A stretch of 64,000 nt of DNA from Eledone cirrhosa (GCA_964016885.1 OZ024756.1:6014001-6078000); one strand, 5' to 3'; counted from the stretch's first letter, positions 30,141-45,406 are shown. The notes: generated by a model not told the origin, from the letters alone. Numbers and translations are program-made.

Positions 30141-33100
30141 CATGTTTATATATATGATAATCAATTTCTAGTTATTATTATTATATATATATATATATGT
30201 GTGTGTGTATGTGTTTATTTATACATGTATATATTATACATATCAGTGTATGTATCGTTACGAATATTTATATATATATATATCTTATCATTATTAATTT
30301 ACATAAAATTATTTAAAAATTAATTATACATCATATAAATTATAATTTTAACCTCTACTGTATGTAATCTGTTTGAATTTATGGACAGACTTAATATAAA
30401 AACATTGAATATCGATTTTGGACGGAGAAAGAAAGACAAATCACGTGAATGGAATCAAAATAAAAAACATTGATTACTCGATAAATGTTATATGAATTAA
30501 ATTATTCCTTTCTCTCAAATTAACTATAAAATTAGTGTACATATTTATATCCGTATATTTTATTCTGGGGAGGTTTGTGTGTCATAATAGTTGTGGTGAT
30601 TTCTGAACAGTTGTACATCTGTGAGTTCGATTCCCTGTGTGCTCACTGTGTCCCAGAGGAGGGCACTTTACTTCTAGATGCTTCATTACATTCAGCGAAA
30701 CAAAAAGGAAAAAATAAATTAGGTGTACTTGTAATTCAAAGGGTTAATCTGGCCACATACTTTTTCCCGCTTAATCTTACTGTGGAAAGCCTCAGTAATT
30801 TAACGGTACTTCATTTTTTGGACCGCAGAGTGATACATAAATAGTAAAATTGCTCTCAGTTGGATTTGAACTCAGAACGTAAAGAGGCGGAACAAACGCT
30901 GCTAAGAATGTGACCAGCACTCTATCTACTCTGCCAACTGAATGTGTTAGCAAGTAAGAAGAACCAGACAGTTTGGCACACCAAGTAGTAATTTATCTTT
31001 CTCTTCACAATTATGCCATGTCACTTTCAACGGATATCACTTGGATAACAAAACACATATGATGTCTGGCTTTGTAAAAGTGTAGCTGTAATTTTTGGCA
31101 GAGCTTTCTAGACGCCAGCACGTGGTTTCGTATGATCATAGGTCTGCACCAAGAATATTCCCCTGCATGGCAGAAGTCTGGGAAAGATATTTTTGTAGAA
31201 GCCCATGGATGGCAAACCAGTCTTTCCTCTTCAAGTTGCCGATATTTTCTAATGGAAAGTCAAATGCCAATAAAGGATGGCTTCAGTGACATCGCATTAC
31301 TTTTTATCCCAGCTGATTGAACTAGAAGGTTCAAGTGGTCTCGAAACACGTATCTATTACACCTTGATTCAATTAAAAATTCCCTTTCTGCTGTATATAT
31401 ATATGTTGAGGCGTACCACCTCAACATCATGGATATTTATATAATCCATGTTAAAGTGTTTTATACATATTACACAACATATCCTGGCACATACTCAGAC
31501 GTACACACGAATACACACAAATATGTTTATAAATTTTATGAATTATATATTATCTGCTTGTCAAGGATTTGTCTTGTAAAATAGATGTCCGTAGTTTAAA
31601 AGAAACTTACATTGTCAAATTCAAATTAGATTGACAATATATCAGATAATCGCAATTGTTTGGTTAATACGAGCCAAATTATTTAAAATGTTATCACTGA
31701 GAGTTACGCAATCAATAATTTTGATTTAAAATTAATATTCCAGGAAAAGTTTGCAAATGACTTTAAAAAAAATATTTTTGATTTTAAATTTGAACCAAAT
31801 TAAATGATTCTAACGACATGAAATATATTTTCTGCTATGATGGCGTCGATATGGACATTGTTTATCAATTTTATTGTCTTTCTTCTCATTCCCTATTATT
31901 GCTCTTCCTTAAACATATTTTAGATGTTGAGTGAGCAAATCAAATTAAGATATATCTTAATATATTCACTGTGGCTGAATTAATGATATATCCATTTACT
32001 TTGGTCGTACTTTCGATTTCACTAAGTCTGGAGAAATATTTCAAACGGCTCTTAGAAGAGAGATCGATCAATATATTTACACGATCACCAGATTAAACCC
32101 AGAGATAAATAAGTCGATATCTATGAGCCAAATTTGCAACCGGTGACGTGATGAACGATTGAATGTTTTCAAATCTTATTCCGAAACTGATATTTCTATC
32201 CTTCATTCCGTAATGGTTTTTCAGATCTCAATTCATGTGTATTAAACAGGATATAGAAAGATTCTAATTAAAAAGGTTGTCGCTAAAGATTTCTAGCTAG
32301 TTTGGGAAACAATCACGTAATACAGCTTTAGTTAGAGAAATGGGTGGCAGATGCTGCCTATCATATTGTTAATATATAACAGGGAAGGTTGCATGAAGCG
32401 TGATTAAGCCGAGATAAAAGTCAAATTAAATGAAGCTTTAACGAAAGAGTGTTTCAAGGGAAAAACTGCAGGAATAGTTGTTTAGAAGATGTATTTATAG
32501 CAGCAGAAACAGGTAGTATTTGTAAATTGTGCGACAATTCAACGGCCATTTCTACTATTATTATAACATATTATTTACATAAATTTATTATATTATTTCC
32601 TATTAAATACAGTTTAGATTTCAATATTCACAACACAATTAATTGGACCCGTGTCCTTCAATCTCTTTAAATCGGAGTAAAGGGAAGAAACACATAGTCC
32701 GTTCAGTGTTCATTAGATCGTAGTCTTTGATCGGGTCGAAAGAAATGAGAGCTACAAAGTTTACAGCTTGTCTAATCTAGCCGTAACAGACATCATAAGA
32801 ACTATTTTTGTATCATTAGTAGTCATTGCAGCCTCCTCTGAGAAGAAACACTGAATGAAGATTAGAGGAGAGGGGTGTTATTCTTTTACAAAATGATGAA
32901 CCCATCGAAAACGATACGCTATCGTCCCCGTAATGTGAGTTAAGGGATGTTTATTAGAAGATATGGGCATTTTTACATGGAATTTACACGCTTGTATCCG
33001 AGACTGAACAATAGAAATTTGACATCGAATGCCATATTAGGTTTATAAACAACTTCTAAAAATTTAAACAATATTTTGCTGTCCTCCTGTCTCGACTTAA

Positions 33101-33175
33101 AAGTGTATTTAGTGACGTCAACTAAACCTTTCATTCATCTCTTCTTCACTAAAGGTTGTCTATAATATGCTTGTG

Positions 33176-33375
33176 AAGACACGTGGCCTAGTGGTTAGAG
33201 AGTTGAATTCTCAATCGTAAGTTTACGAGCTTGATTTCCCGTACGGGCGATGCGATATGTCCTTGAGAAAGACATTATTTCATGTTGCTCTGTCTGCTAA
33301 GAGCTGTGACCCGTGGATAGTATCAGTAATGGAATGACCAATTGAAACATTGTTACCTTGGTCTAATTTGACAAG
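33176..33375 (+). mobile_element. CORE-like tRNA SINE
   Basis: A-box TGGCCTAGTGG, TGTCCTTGAGAAAGACA domain. Homologous to 1070-1292. Confidence 0.75.
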
Positions 33376-33727
33376 TTCCACTCCAGACAAGCGAGTAATG
33401 TCTGGGATCTTGTTGATCATTTAAATAAAAATTAATCATTCGTTGGAAAAATGCAATACCATTTGTAAATCCGAAACTTGGACATTTGAATAGAACCAAG
33501 TGACCTTTTGACTAGAAAGCGGTAAATTATAAAAATGCAACGAAAGGCAATACTAGGAGTTACATAAGTCAATATAATCATCAAAGGAGTGCAGCTTCAT
33601 GAGGCATAAATACTAACGACTGACTGAAATATTTCTCTGTCGATAATGAGTTTTCTAGATTTCAATCAATTGTACACCTCATTGATTGAGACTTTTAGCT
33701 GGAATATATATATATTTTTTTTTAAAC

Positions 33728-33940
33728 GATCGACTTTCGTCAAATCGGACCGAGGAAACAATGTTTCCGTTGGTCTTTCCAATTGCTAATACTATCTATC
33801 GGTCGCAACTGCAGGTAGAAGGAGCAACGTTAAATAAAGTGTCTTGCTCAAGGACATAACGCATCGACTGGTCCAGGAATCGAACTCACAACCTTACGAT
33901 TTCCAATCCAATTCGCTAAACACTCAGCCACACGCCTTCA
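33728..33940 (-). mobile_element. CORE-like tRNA SINE
   Basis: Reverse complement closely matches 1070-1292. Confidence 0.82.
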
Positions 33941-35912
33941 CTAGCTGGAATATGTAATATATAAATTAGGCCCAGTCTAAAACTTTAAAATCATATAGAA
34001 AATTTGGATAAATATGGATCATCATCATTTAACGTCTATCTATCACGCTAGCATAGGTTAGACAGGAATTGTCCCACTTATGGCAAGATTGATCGGGTGA
34101 CCGTGTCTCGCTCGTATAGGACTATCTGGCAGGTTTTCTACGGCTGGATGTCCTTCCTAACACCCACCACATTTACAGTGTGGACTGGGAGCCTTTTTAC
34201 CATGTCTCCTAAACGACCACTTTACTGTGTGAAATGGGTGCTTTTTGTCGTGACACCTACACGTTTGGACTGGATGTTCTGTGGTACCAACATACATTTA
34301 CAGAGAAAGGGTGGTGTTGGTGGGGGTGTGAGGGGGGATGGGGTGGGGGGATGGAGTGGGGATAGTGGGTTGGGTGTATATTTGGTTAAGAGTTGTATAT
34401 TTATTTATATTACAATGAATTAGATGATATATTACAAAATAGAGGATATATAAATCTGATGTTTGTATAAGATCATAGCAGATTGAATCACACAGATATA
34501 TAATTGAAAATCTATTTGTATTTCTGGGAGACTTTACAACGAAGGAAGCTAGAAATAATACATTTATTTATGTATTTGTAAAACAAGGGTGTGATGTAAC
34601 CAGCTGCGTCTTTGTTTTTATGTATTAAATATTTGTCCTAGTCGCCATGATGTAATAATGGTAGTCAACATAATATAAAATGACTCTGCAAACGACACTT
34701 ATGTGAAGATTTAAGATTTGAACTGTCAAGAAAGCAATTATATAATATATGATACTACAATTGGTTACAAGCATGGTGTGTTCATCTCATGTTTCCTAGG
34801 TTTAGATAAATGAGTTAGGCTAGCGTCTTGGACAGAAACAGAAGTGAACGACATTGAAATTACATGAAGAGTAAATCATTTGTCCTTTGCGGTGACACAC
34901 TATTCAAATGAGCTCGTTGATGGTCATCTAAATATCGGAATATCTTACTAATGAGGTAAATACATAAATTACAAAAGATAATTCAAGTAGATTTCAACAC
35001 TTAGCTCTAGGTGTTCTACACAGAGATAGAATAAACAGGGAATAGTGAGACACACAGAGAGGAAGGGAAAGTGATAAATAGAAGAGAGTTACTGAGTGAA
35101 AGAGAGGAGAGAGTAGAGAGACAGAGAGAATGGGAGAGAGAGATAAGGTGGGTGGAATGTGAGAGAGATGAGAGAACGTGAAAGAGAGAGTGAGAAGATA
35201 GAAAGGAGAGAGTGTGAGTGAAATAGAGAGAGTGTGAAAGAGTGCAAGAGAGTAGGGAGAGAGAAGAAAGAAATTATATAAATGAAATTGTTTAATTTTC
35301 CATCTTGGGAACGAGGGACCCCAACTTTTCAAAAACAAGAGTATAATTGTTTATAAAGAGGACGTCAAACATCATTTGAGGTGGAAACCTGTTGACATTT
35401 TGGACTTTCTTGTTGCCTTTTCAGATATCAACAATTGTAGCTGACAAAATGCCTTCAATTTCATCGTTTATCTAGTAAAATTGCGTGAATAAAAACATAA
35501 TTTATCTCATCAACTGGCGTGACATTTCTTCCTGTCAATATTTCTCCACGATTACCAGTTCTCAGTCAGAGTATATTTAAAGTCATAGCATAATTTCCGA
35601 ATCTCTGTGACTAATTGAATAGTGTCAATAATCAAATTTTATAGGATGTCAACTTTAGATGCTACACTAATTGCCCAGAAAAGTATTATAGTGGCGACAT
35701 TTCTATGTAATTGTTTATAACCAAATGTGTTATTATAAGGATATACTGCTAAACCTCGTATTGAATTTTAAAGCTTATGGGATCAAAAATGTTATATATA
35801 CATTCATAAATGCGTTTTTGGTTTGCTACGATAATGTGTTTTACTACATAAAAATACCTTCGTTCATTTGCATTTTAATAGAAATATTTAGAGATACAAA
35901 ATATATTGGTAC

Positions 35913-36128
35913 CTTTATTAATTTTTCCTTGGAAAGGTGGCACGCCCCCGTTTGTAACAACGGAGGTTGCTGTAGTTGTGATACTATTTGGATCCGCTTT
36001 TTTACAGGCCGACTTCTTGCAGCAGCAAATTATAGCTACGATGCAAACGATGAATATTACGATACTGCCAACTGTGATAGCAACGGCAGCGGTGACTCCA
36101 AGTGTCATAAAGCGATTTAGGACACTAT
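35913..36128 (-). CDS. Transmembrane exon of a Shisa/CYYR1/WBP1-like single-pass protein
   Basis: Polypyrimidine acceptor TCTCTCTTTTCAG|ATAG. Reads SVLNRFMTLGVTAAVAITVGSIVIFIVCIVAIICCCKK: a TM helix followed by a Cys/Lys cluster. Donor AAG|GTACCA, phase 1. The family assignment rests on architecture only. Confidence 0.8.
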
Positions 36129-37294
36129 CTGAAAAGAGAGATAATAGAAAGAAGAAAAAACGATTTTAAAATCAAGCTTAGAAAGTGCGGTGAATGAGAA
36201 AGTTCATAAAGGAAAAACAGGAAAAACAACCGAATCGGAAAATATTCGAAATATTTGAAATGAAAATCTAAAAAAAAAATGTTTCATCAAAAAGAGAATT
36301 ATAGACAAAACGAGAAAAAAAAAAAAGAAAATAAATAAATAATAATGAAAAAAAAAATCACACACTGGCAAAAAAAATTATAATTGAATCAAGTGGGACC
36401 GTGAAGTAGTGTTTTTAAAACGGAAATAAAATTGATTCTAAAAACATTTCAAATAAAATGGAGAAAAATTAGTGAAACAAAAACATGATAAAATTATTTT
36501 TTAAAAATAGGATAAACGAATGTTTAAGATAAATAATTGAAAAAATTTATCAAATAGTAAAATATTGTTTCAGCTCAACTTTACTGGAAAAACAAAGAAA
36601 TCGATTTCTGTTGAAAACGAAAAGGTATAGAGCTTTGGCACAAATATATATATTTAAATATAAATAAATATATATATACACACACAAATATATATATATA
36701 TATATATATAGATTTTGAGTTTATGTTGGTTGTATACCAACACCTCAGTATGCAGGCTGGAGCACTCGACGAAGTGCGCAGGTTGGTTTGGTTACTCCGG
36801 AGTAGTGTAAAAGAAAGTTAAATAAAAAGTCAAATGATTAAAATTTAGCTTCGTTTATTACTGCTATATATATTCCAGTGACAGCCATCTTTGGCTGAGA
36901 CCTCCCCAGGCAGTTTGAATTAGTATGGTATAGACGAGTACATATGTTGTTTAGGTGTATAATATTGTCAATACTCTGATATGACCAGTTCCTTGTTTGG
37001 TTGTTAATTCACTGAGGAATATATATATACGTGTGTGTGTGTGTGTGTGTGTATGTAAAAGGTAAAAAGAAATAACAACAAAATCGGTACAGTATATGCA
37101 AGGTATATATTAGGTTAACGCTTGATATAGCAGGAAGTGGGTTTTAACCTTTCGGACGCTAGTCCTTCATCAGAAGAAAGAATGAGAAATAAAATAGATT
37201 GAGGGGGATGGGCGGGATGGATATATCTATATATATATATATTAAAATATAAATATTAAAATATGAATATAAAATAGATGTTCTTTTGATCAAT

Positions 37295-37345
37295 TATATT
37301 TTATTATACACATTTCGGATGTACGTCCTCATCAGACAAAATATA
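37295..37345 (-). ncRNA. Type I hammerhead ribozyme
   Basis: Reverse complement reads TATATTTTGT CTGATGA GGA-CGTACA-TCC GAAA TGTGTA TA ATAAAATATA. Confidence 0.85.
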
Positions 37346-37420
37346 ATAATATTTGACATACCCTGAGATGGTTAAGATTTAATATATGAGAAATTAAAAG
37401 ATGGTTAAAAAAGATCCATA

Positions 37421-37491
37421 TATATTATTATGCGCATTTTAAAAACAAATATCATCCTGGGACGATAACTGCGTTCTCATCAGATACAATA
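37421..37491 (-). ncRNA. Decayed hammerhead (GAAA mutated to AAAA), family of 63765
   Basis: Reverse complement reads TATTGTAT CTGATGA ..GATGATATTTGTTTTT AAAA TGCGCA TA ATAATATA. Confidence 0.65.
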
Positions 37492-37498
37492 AGGTAAC

Positions 37499-37558
<60 letters not shown>

Positions 37559-37967
37559 CACACACATATATATATATTATATATATATATCTTACATATA
37601 TATCATATATATATATCATATATATATATATATCACGATAAATTAACGGAGGCATAGGCCGTCGTTATTCCCTGTAAATAATGTGCTCAAAGGAGAAGAG
37701 ATCCTGAGCCCTTTAAAATATAATATGTTGAGAAGGTAACACACCAGAGAGAGATATATAGTGCGTTATCAATAATACAGGGAAAAAACCACCAGTGTAT
37801 GGGATCTATAACCTATGAAAGGCAGACTATAGACACGATAATTAAAAATATAAATTAAAGCGTAAATAAATACCTCTATAACTATATAACACACGTACAA
37901 ATCCAAAGATATGTTTCACCAAAAAATTTGTTGAAAGAAATGGTCTAGTCTCGGTTCATCAGCGTGT

Positions 37968-38351
37968 GTATGGCCATACATTTCAGACAACCAACAATTT
38001 GTGGGGAGGGGAAACATTGATCGACCCCAGTGTATTACTGTGGCTTTAATTTATTGACACCGCAAGGAGGAAAGGTCGGATTTGAACTCATAACGTAAAG
38101 AGCCATAACTCTAAAGCATGGTGTATGACGTTCTACCGATACTGCCACTCAATAATAATAATAATTGTTTCTATTTTTGGTACATGGCTAGTAATTATCC
38201 TAATGAATTACTGGTACTTTATTTTATCGAATCCTTAAGGATGAAAGGCAAAGGTAACCTCGGCTGGACTTGAACACATACCGTTAAGGGACGTAACTCT
38301 GCGCTGCAAAGCATGGCTTCCGACCATCTACCGATACTGCCAATCCACCGC
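37968..38351 (-). mobile_element. Two diverged Meta-type SINEs
   Basis: Family matches at 37968-38150 and 38162-38351. Confidence 0.75.
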
Positions 38352-38433
38352 TAATAATAATTGATTACTTAGTTGAGAAAATTCGGTAAAATATTCCCAA
38401 TAAAAGATATTTAAGTAGTTGTTCGTTAATGAG

Positions 38434-41400
38434 TGTGTATTGAGGGATGTGTAATGTTGTATGTTGTGGTCTCCTGTATTGAGGGATGTCTAATGTTGTA
38501 TGTTGTGGTCTCCTGTATTGGAGGATGTGTAATGTTGTATGTTGTGGTCTCCTGTATTGAAGGATGTGTAATGTTGTATGTTGTGGTCTCCTGTATTGAA
38601 GGATGTGTAATGTTGTATGTTGTGGTCCCCTGTATTGAGGGATGTGTAATGTTGTATGTTGTGGTCTCCTGTATTGGAGGGTGTGTAATGTTGTATGTTG
38701 TGGTCTCCTGTATTGAGGGATGTGTAATGTTGTATGTTGTGGTCTCCTGTATTGAGGGATGTGTAATGCTGTATGTTGTGGTCTCCTGTATTGAAGGATG
38801 TCTAATGTTGTATGTTGTGGTCTCCTGTATTGAAGGATGTCTAATGTTGTATGTTGTGGTCTCCTGTATTGAAGGATGTGTAATGTTGTATGTTGTGGTC
38901 TCCTGTATTGAAGGATGTGTAATGTTGTATGTTGTGGTCTCCTGTAGTGAAGGATGTGTAATGTTGTATGTTGTGGTCTCCTGTATTGAGGGATGTGTAA
39001 TGCTGTATGTTGTGGTCTCCTGTATTGGAGGATGTGTAATGTTGTATGTTGTGGTCTCCTGTATTGAAGGATGTGTAATGTTGTATGTTGTGTCTCCTGT
39101 ATTGAGGGATGTGTAATGTTGTATGTTGTGGTCTCCTGTATTGAGGGATGTGTAATGTTGTATGTTGTGGTCTCCTGTAGTGAAGGATGTGTAATGTTGT
39201 ATGTTGTGGTCTCCTGTATTGAGGGATGTGTAATGTTGTATGTTGTGGTCTCCTGTATTGGAGGATGTGTAATGTTGTATGTTGTGGTCTCCTGTATTGA
39301 GGGATGTGTAATGTTGTATGTTGTGGTCTCCTGTATTGGAGGATGTGTAATGTTGTATGTTGTGGTCTCCTGTATTGAGGGATGTGTAATGTTGTATGTT
39401 GTGGTCTCCTGTATTGAGGGATGTGTAATGTTGTATGTTGTGGTCTCCTGTATTGAAGGATGTGTAATGTTGTATGTTGTGGTCTCCTATATTGAAGGAT
39501 GTGTAATGTTGTATGTTGTGGTCTCCTGTATTGAAGGATGTGTAATGTTGTATGTTGTGGTCTCCTGTATTGAAGGATGTGTAATGTTGTATGTTGTGGT
39601 CTCCTGTATTGAAGGATGTGTAATGTTGTATGTTGTGGTCTCCTGTATTGAAGGATGTGTAATGTTGTATGTTGTGGTCCCCTGTATTTAAGGGTGTGTA
39701 ATGTTGTATGTTGTGTCCCCTGTATTGAAGGGTGTGTAATGTTGTATGTTGTGGTCTCCTCTATTGAAGGATGTGTAATGTTGTATGTTGTGGTCCCCTG
39801 TATTTAAGGGTGTGTAATGTTGTATGTTGTGGTCTCCTGTATTTAAGGGTGTGTAATGCTGTATGTTGTGGTCCCCTGTATTTAAGGGTGTGTAATGTTG
39901 TATGTTGTGGTCTCCTGTATTGAAGGGTGTGTAATGTTGTATGTTGTGGTCCCCTGTATTTAAGGGTGTGTAATGTTGTATGTTGTGGTCTCCTGTATTG
40001 AAGGATGGGTAATGTTGTATGTTGTGGTCCCCTGTATTGAAGGATGTGTAATGTTGTATGTTGTGGTCTCCTGTATTGAAGGATGTGTAATGTTGTATGT
40101 TGTGGTCTCCTGTATTGAAGGGTGTGTAATGTTGTATGTTGTGGTCCCCTGTATTGAAGGATGTGTAATGTTGTATGTTGTGGTCTCCTGTATTGAAGGA
40201 TGTGTAATGTTGTATGTTGTGGTCTCCTGTATTGAAGGATGTGTAATGTTGTAAGTTGTGGTCTCCTATATTGAAGGATGTGTAATGTTGTATGTTGTGG
40301 TCTCCTGTATTGAAGGGTGTGTAATGTTGTATGTTGTGGTCCCCTGTATTGAAGGATGTGTAATGTTGTATGTTGTGGTCTCCTGTATTGAAGGATGTGT
40401 AATGTTGTATGTTGTGGTCTCCTGTATTGAAGGATGTGTAATGTTGTATGTTGTGGTCTCCTGTATTGAAGGATGTGTAATGTTGTATGTTGTGGTCTCC
40501 TGTATTGAAGGATGTGTAATGTTGTATGTTGTGGTCCCCTGTATTGAAGGATGTGTAATGTTGTATGTTGTGGTCTCCTGTATTGAAGGATGTGTAATGT
40601 TGTATGTTGTGGTCTCCTGTATTGAAGGGTGTGTAATGTTGTATGTTGTGGTCTCCTGTATTGAAGGGTGTGTAATGTTGTATGTTGTGGTCCCCTGTAT
40701 TTAAGGATGTGTAATGTTGTATGTTGTGGTCTCCTGTATTGAGGGGTGAGTAATGTTGTATGTTGTGGTCCCCTGTATTTAAGGATGTGTAATGTTGTAT
40801 GTTGTGGTCTCCTGTATTGAAGGATGTGTAATGGTGTATGTTGTGGTCCCCTATATTGAGGGATGTGTAATGTTGTATGTTGTGGTCCCCTGTATTGAGG
40901 GATGTGTAATGTTGTATGTTGTGGTCTCCTGTATTGAGGGATGTGTAATGTTGTATGTTGTGGTCTCGTGTATTGAGGGATGTGTAATGTTGTATGTTGT
41001 GGTCTCCTGTATTGAAGGATGTATAATGTTGTATGTTGTGGTCTCCTGTATTGAGGGATGTGTAATGTTGTATGTTGTGGTCTCCTGTATTGAAGGATGT
41101 GTAATGTTGTATGTTGTGGTCTCCTGTATTGAAGGATGTATAATGTTGTATGTTGTGGTCTCCTGTATTGAAGGATATATAATGTTGTATGTTGTGGTCT
41201 CCTGTATTGAGGGATGTATAATGTTGTATGTTGTGGTCTCCTGTATTGAGGGATGTGTAATGTTGTATGTTGTGGTCTCCTGTATTGAAGGATGTGTAAT
41301 GTTGTATGTTGTGGTCTCCTGTATTGAAGGATGTATAATGTTGTATGTTGTGGTCTCCTGTATTGAAGGATGTGTAATGTTGTATGTTGTGGTCTCCTGT

Positions 41401-42962
41401 ATTGAGGGATGTGTAATGTTGTATGTTGTGGTCTCCTGTATTGAAGGATGTGTAATGTTGTATGTTGTGGTCTCCTGTATTGAAGGATGTATAATGTTGT
41501 ATGTTGTGGTCTCCTGTATTGAAGGATGTGTAATGTTGTATGTTGTGGTCTTCTGTATTGAAGGATGTGTAATGTTGTATGTTGTGGTCTCCTGTATTGA
41601 GGGATGTGTAATGTTGTATGTTGTGGTCTCCTGTATTGAGGGATGTGTAATGTTGTATGTTGTGGTCCCCTGTATTTAAGGATGTGTAATGTTGTATGTT
41701 GTGGTCTCCTGTATTGAAGGGTGTGTAATGTTGTATGTTGTGGTCTCCTGTATTGAGGGATGTGTAATGTTGTATGTTGTGGTCTCCTGTATTGAAGGAT
41801 GTGTAATGTTGTATGTTGTGTCTCCTGTATTGAAGGATGTGTAATGTTGTATGTTGTGGTCTCCTGTATTGAAGGATGTCTAATGTTGTATGTTGTGGTC
41901 TCGTGTATTGAAGGATGTGTAATGTTGTATGTTGTGGTCTCCTGTATTGAAGGATGTGTAATGTTGTATGTTGTGGTCCCCTGTATTGAAGGATGTGTAA
42001 TGTTGTATGTTGTGGTCTCCTGTATTGAAGGATGTGTAATGTTGTATGTTGTGTCTCCTGTATTGGAGGATGTGTAATGTTGTATATTGTGGTCTCCTGT
42101 ATTGGAGGATGTGTAATGTTGTATGTTGTGGTCCCCTGTATTGAGGGATGTGTAATGTTGTATGTTGTGTCTCCTGTATTGGAGGATGTGTAATGTTGTA
42201 TGTTGTGGTCTCCTGTATTGAGGGATGTGTAATGTTGTATGTTGTGGTCTCCTGTATTGAGGGATGTGTAATGTTGTATGTTGTGGTCCCCTGTATTGAG
42301 GGATGTGTAATGTTGTATGTTGTGTCTCCTGTATTGGAGGATGTGTAATGTTGTATGTTGTGGTCTCCTGTATTGGAGGATGTGTAATGTTGTATGTTGT
42401 GGTCCCCTGTATTGAGGGATGTCTAATGTTGTATGTTGTGGTCCCCTGTATTGGAGGATGTGTAATGTTGTATGTTGTGGTCTCCTGTATTGAAGGATGT
42501 GTAATGTTGTATGTTGTGGTCCCCTGTATTGAGGGATGTCTAATGTTGTATGTTGTGGTCCCCTGTATTGGAGGATGTGTAATGTTGTATGTTGTGGTCT
42601 CCTGTATTGAAGGATGTCTAATGTTGTATGTTGTGGTCTCGTGTATTGAAGGATGTGTAATGTTGTATGTTGTGGTCTCCTGTATTGAAGGATGTGTAAT
42701 GTTGTATGTTGTGGTCTCCTGTATTGAGGGATGTGTAATGTTGTATGTTGTGGTCTCCTGTATTGAAGGGTGTGTAATGTTGTATGTTGTGGTCTCCTGT
42801 ATTGAAGGATGTGTAATGTTGTATGTTGTGGTCTCCTGTATTGAAGGGTGTGTAATGTTGTATGTTGTGGTCTCCTGTATTGAAGGGTGTGTAATGTTGT
42901 ATGTTGTGGTCTCCTGTATTGAAGGATGTGTAATGTTGTATGTTGTGGTCTCCTGTATTGAA
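38434..42962. repeat. 39-bp minisatellite array, about 4.5 kb (about 116 copies)
   Basis: Unit GTATTGAAGGATGTGTAATGTTGTATGTTGTGGTCTCCT, with few variants and occasional 38-bp units. Confidence 0.97.
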
Positions 42963-43414
42963 TCTACTCACACACTGAGTCTCATTACCAATAATGTAGC
43001 AATGGGAAAACCCACTAGAGAATATGTCACTAACACACACTCTCTCTCTCTCTCACACACACCTGCACCTACACACACACACAACTATACACACACAAAC
43101 ACACCTACACTCATACACCTCACATTTTTGTTTTAGCTGGATTTAAACTTGAATATAATTCTTGATTCGTAATCTGCATTCACAACATTTCTATCCTGCA
43201 TATAATTCGTTAAATCACGCGCAACACTGTTCGATGCTGGCAATAGTAATATCTAAACCCTCCGCAATCTTTCTTCACCTGCCTATAACACATTACCTTC
43301 TTATCTTCTTTAATCCCCTTCAGTCGTTTCACCATTGTTTCACCTATTTTAATTTTTCGGAGACATCATCACGAAAGATTGTGAAGCTTTTACCGATAAT
43401 TCAAATTTTCTGTG

Positions 43415-43937
43415 TCTCAGCCTCTTCTGTCTGTTCTCTCTCTGTCGTTCTCAGCCCCTTCTTTCGTTCTCTCTCTGTCGTTCTCAGCCCCTTCTGTCGT
43501 TCTCTCTCTGTCGTTCTCTCTCTCTGTCCTTCTCAGCCCCTTCTGTCGTTCTCTCTCTGTCGTTCTCTCTCTGTCGTTCTCTCTCTGTCGTACTCAGCCC
43601 CTTCTGTCGTTCTCTCTCTGTCGTTCTGAGCCCCTTCTGTTGTTCTCTCTCTGTCGTTCTCAGCCCCTTCTGTCGTTCTCTCTCTGTCGTTCTCAGTCCC
43701 TTCTGTCTGTTATCTCTCTGTCGTTCTCAGCCCCTTCTGTCGTTCTTTCTCTGTCGTACTGAGCCCCTTCTGTCGTTCTCTCTCTGTCGTTCTCTCTCTG
43801 TCGTTCTCAGCCTCTTCTGTCGTTCTCTCTCTGTCGTTCTCAGCCACTTCTGTTGTTCTCTCTCTGTCGTTCTCTCTCTGTCGTTCTCTCTCTGTCGTTC
43901 TCAGCCCCTTCTGTCGTTCTCTCTCTGTCGTTCTCTC
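43415..43937. repeat. Compound pyrimidine-rich minisatellite
   Basis: Alternating TCTGTCGTTCTCTC and TCTGTCGTTCTCAGCCCCT modules. Confidence 0.9.
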
Positions 43938-44759
43938 ACTCAATATATTTCAGTATTAATTTACCCAACAATAAGTATTACTCTCATCACTGGAGTTAGT
44001 ATTTGTCTTAACATAAGGACAATCTGACTTGATCTCTATTTCAGAAATGTTTCGCCTGTGAGTATTAAAATCACCACGTCAGAAGATTTCTAGCCTCCCG
44101 TTTATTTAAGTAATCTAAAATAAAACATCGTAAACAATCTGAAGTAAATACATTGCTTGAGAATCTTGACATTGTGTGGTAACCCTAAGCGTTAAACACC
44201 CGAATTAAACCAGTCCTCAAGTCAGTTAATACATATTGTCACATTCAATGAAGATTAATAGACAATAGATAAATAAGGAGATACAAGTGGATTCCACACA
44301 AATAGAAAGGAAAAGATTATTCTCTGTAAAAACCACCTCTCACAACAAGAAATATATTTTCTGTCCTTAAGATTATAGGAAGGCGAAGGGATTATTATAT
44401 ATACTGAAACATTCTTCTATCATGCCATAGTTTAATGTACGGGCAATTTATGGATGTTTAGAAGAGAGAAACTGTTTATATTTCGAATGCCATCAGTTGA
44501 ATATACTACTCCTAAAATTATAAATGACAATAAATATGTAGTAATCGAATATTTTTAGAAGTAATTTAATCAATGTGGATAAAAAAAAAGAAACGAGAGT
44601 TAGTTCAACAGAGATATGGTATCGATCTATCTTCCATGCAATCCGTTTTTTTTAAATATTCTGTGTATAAGTTGACATAAGTAAGTCGTTGCAAATTGAG
44701 TATACAGATCAACGTATCCACTCTCTCTCACACACAAGATAATCAGCTTGCACACACAT

Positions 44760-44825
<66 letters not shown>

Positions 44826-44827
<2 letters not shown>

Positions 44828-45045
44828 CAAAGGAATTGGGGTAAGGAACCAGATGGACGGTAACGCACCAGAGTACTCAATACTTAGGGTAGTAGAGTGG
44901 GTAGTAGGAAAAAGTATTATCACGGCGGCAGAGCTCAAGCCGTCGACTGCTGTCCTGAAATAGCCGTCGACAGCTATTTCTGGACAGTCCAGAAATAGCC
45001 GTCGAAACGGCTTGAGCTCTGCCGTCGGGTCATACTTTTTCCTAT
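44826..45045. mobile_element. Fold-back element with an HHR 3' half (20649 family)
   Basis: Shared GAGTACTCAATACTTAG and GGCAGAGCTCAAGCCG blocks; nested small inversions. Confidence 0.75.
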
Positions 45046-45071
45046 ATGTATATATATATATATATATATAT

Positions 45072-45406
45072 ACAATATTAAATAAATGGAAACTATATTT
45101 ATAAAACCATATTTATTTCATTATATATATTTCGGGGATATCATATTAACAATATGCTATGCCTTCCTCAGACAAAATACAATATAAACAGTGTTATAGA
45201 TAAATAGATTCGACATACCGTTGTAACACCGACTTCCATTTGAAGAGGTTTTATCCCCGAAATATATATAATGAAATAAATATGGTTTTATAAATATAGT
45301 TTCCATTTATTTAATATTGTAAATATACTCCAAATATTTGTCGAGTGCTTTTATATCAGTTATAAATATTTACTAGTTGTAACCCAACAATTTTAAATAT
45401 AACTTT

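Noticed and set aside
38433-43136. Repetitive CIEGCVMLYVVVS protein or CRISPR-like array
   Set aside because: Pure 39-bp tandem repeat with no unique spacers, containing stops and frameshifts; eukaryotic context with no cas genes.
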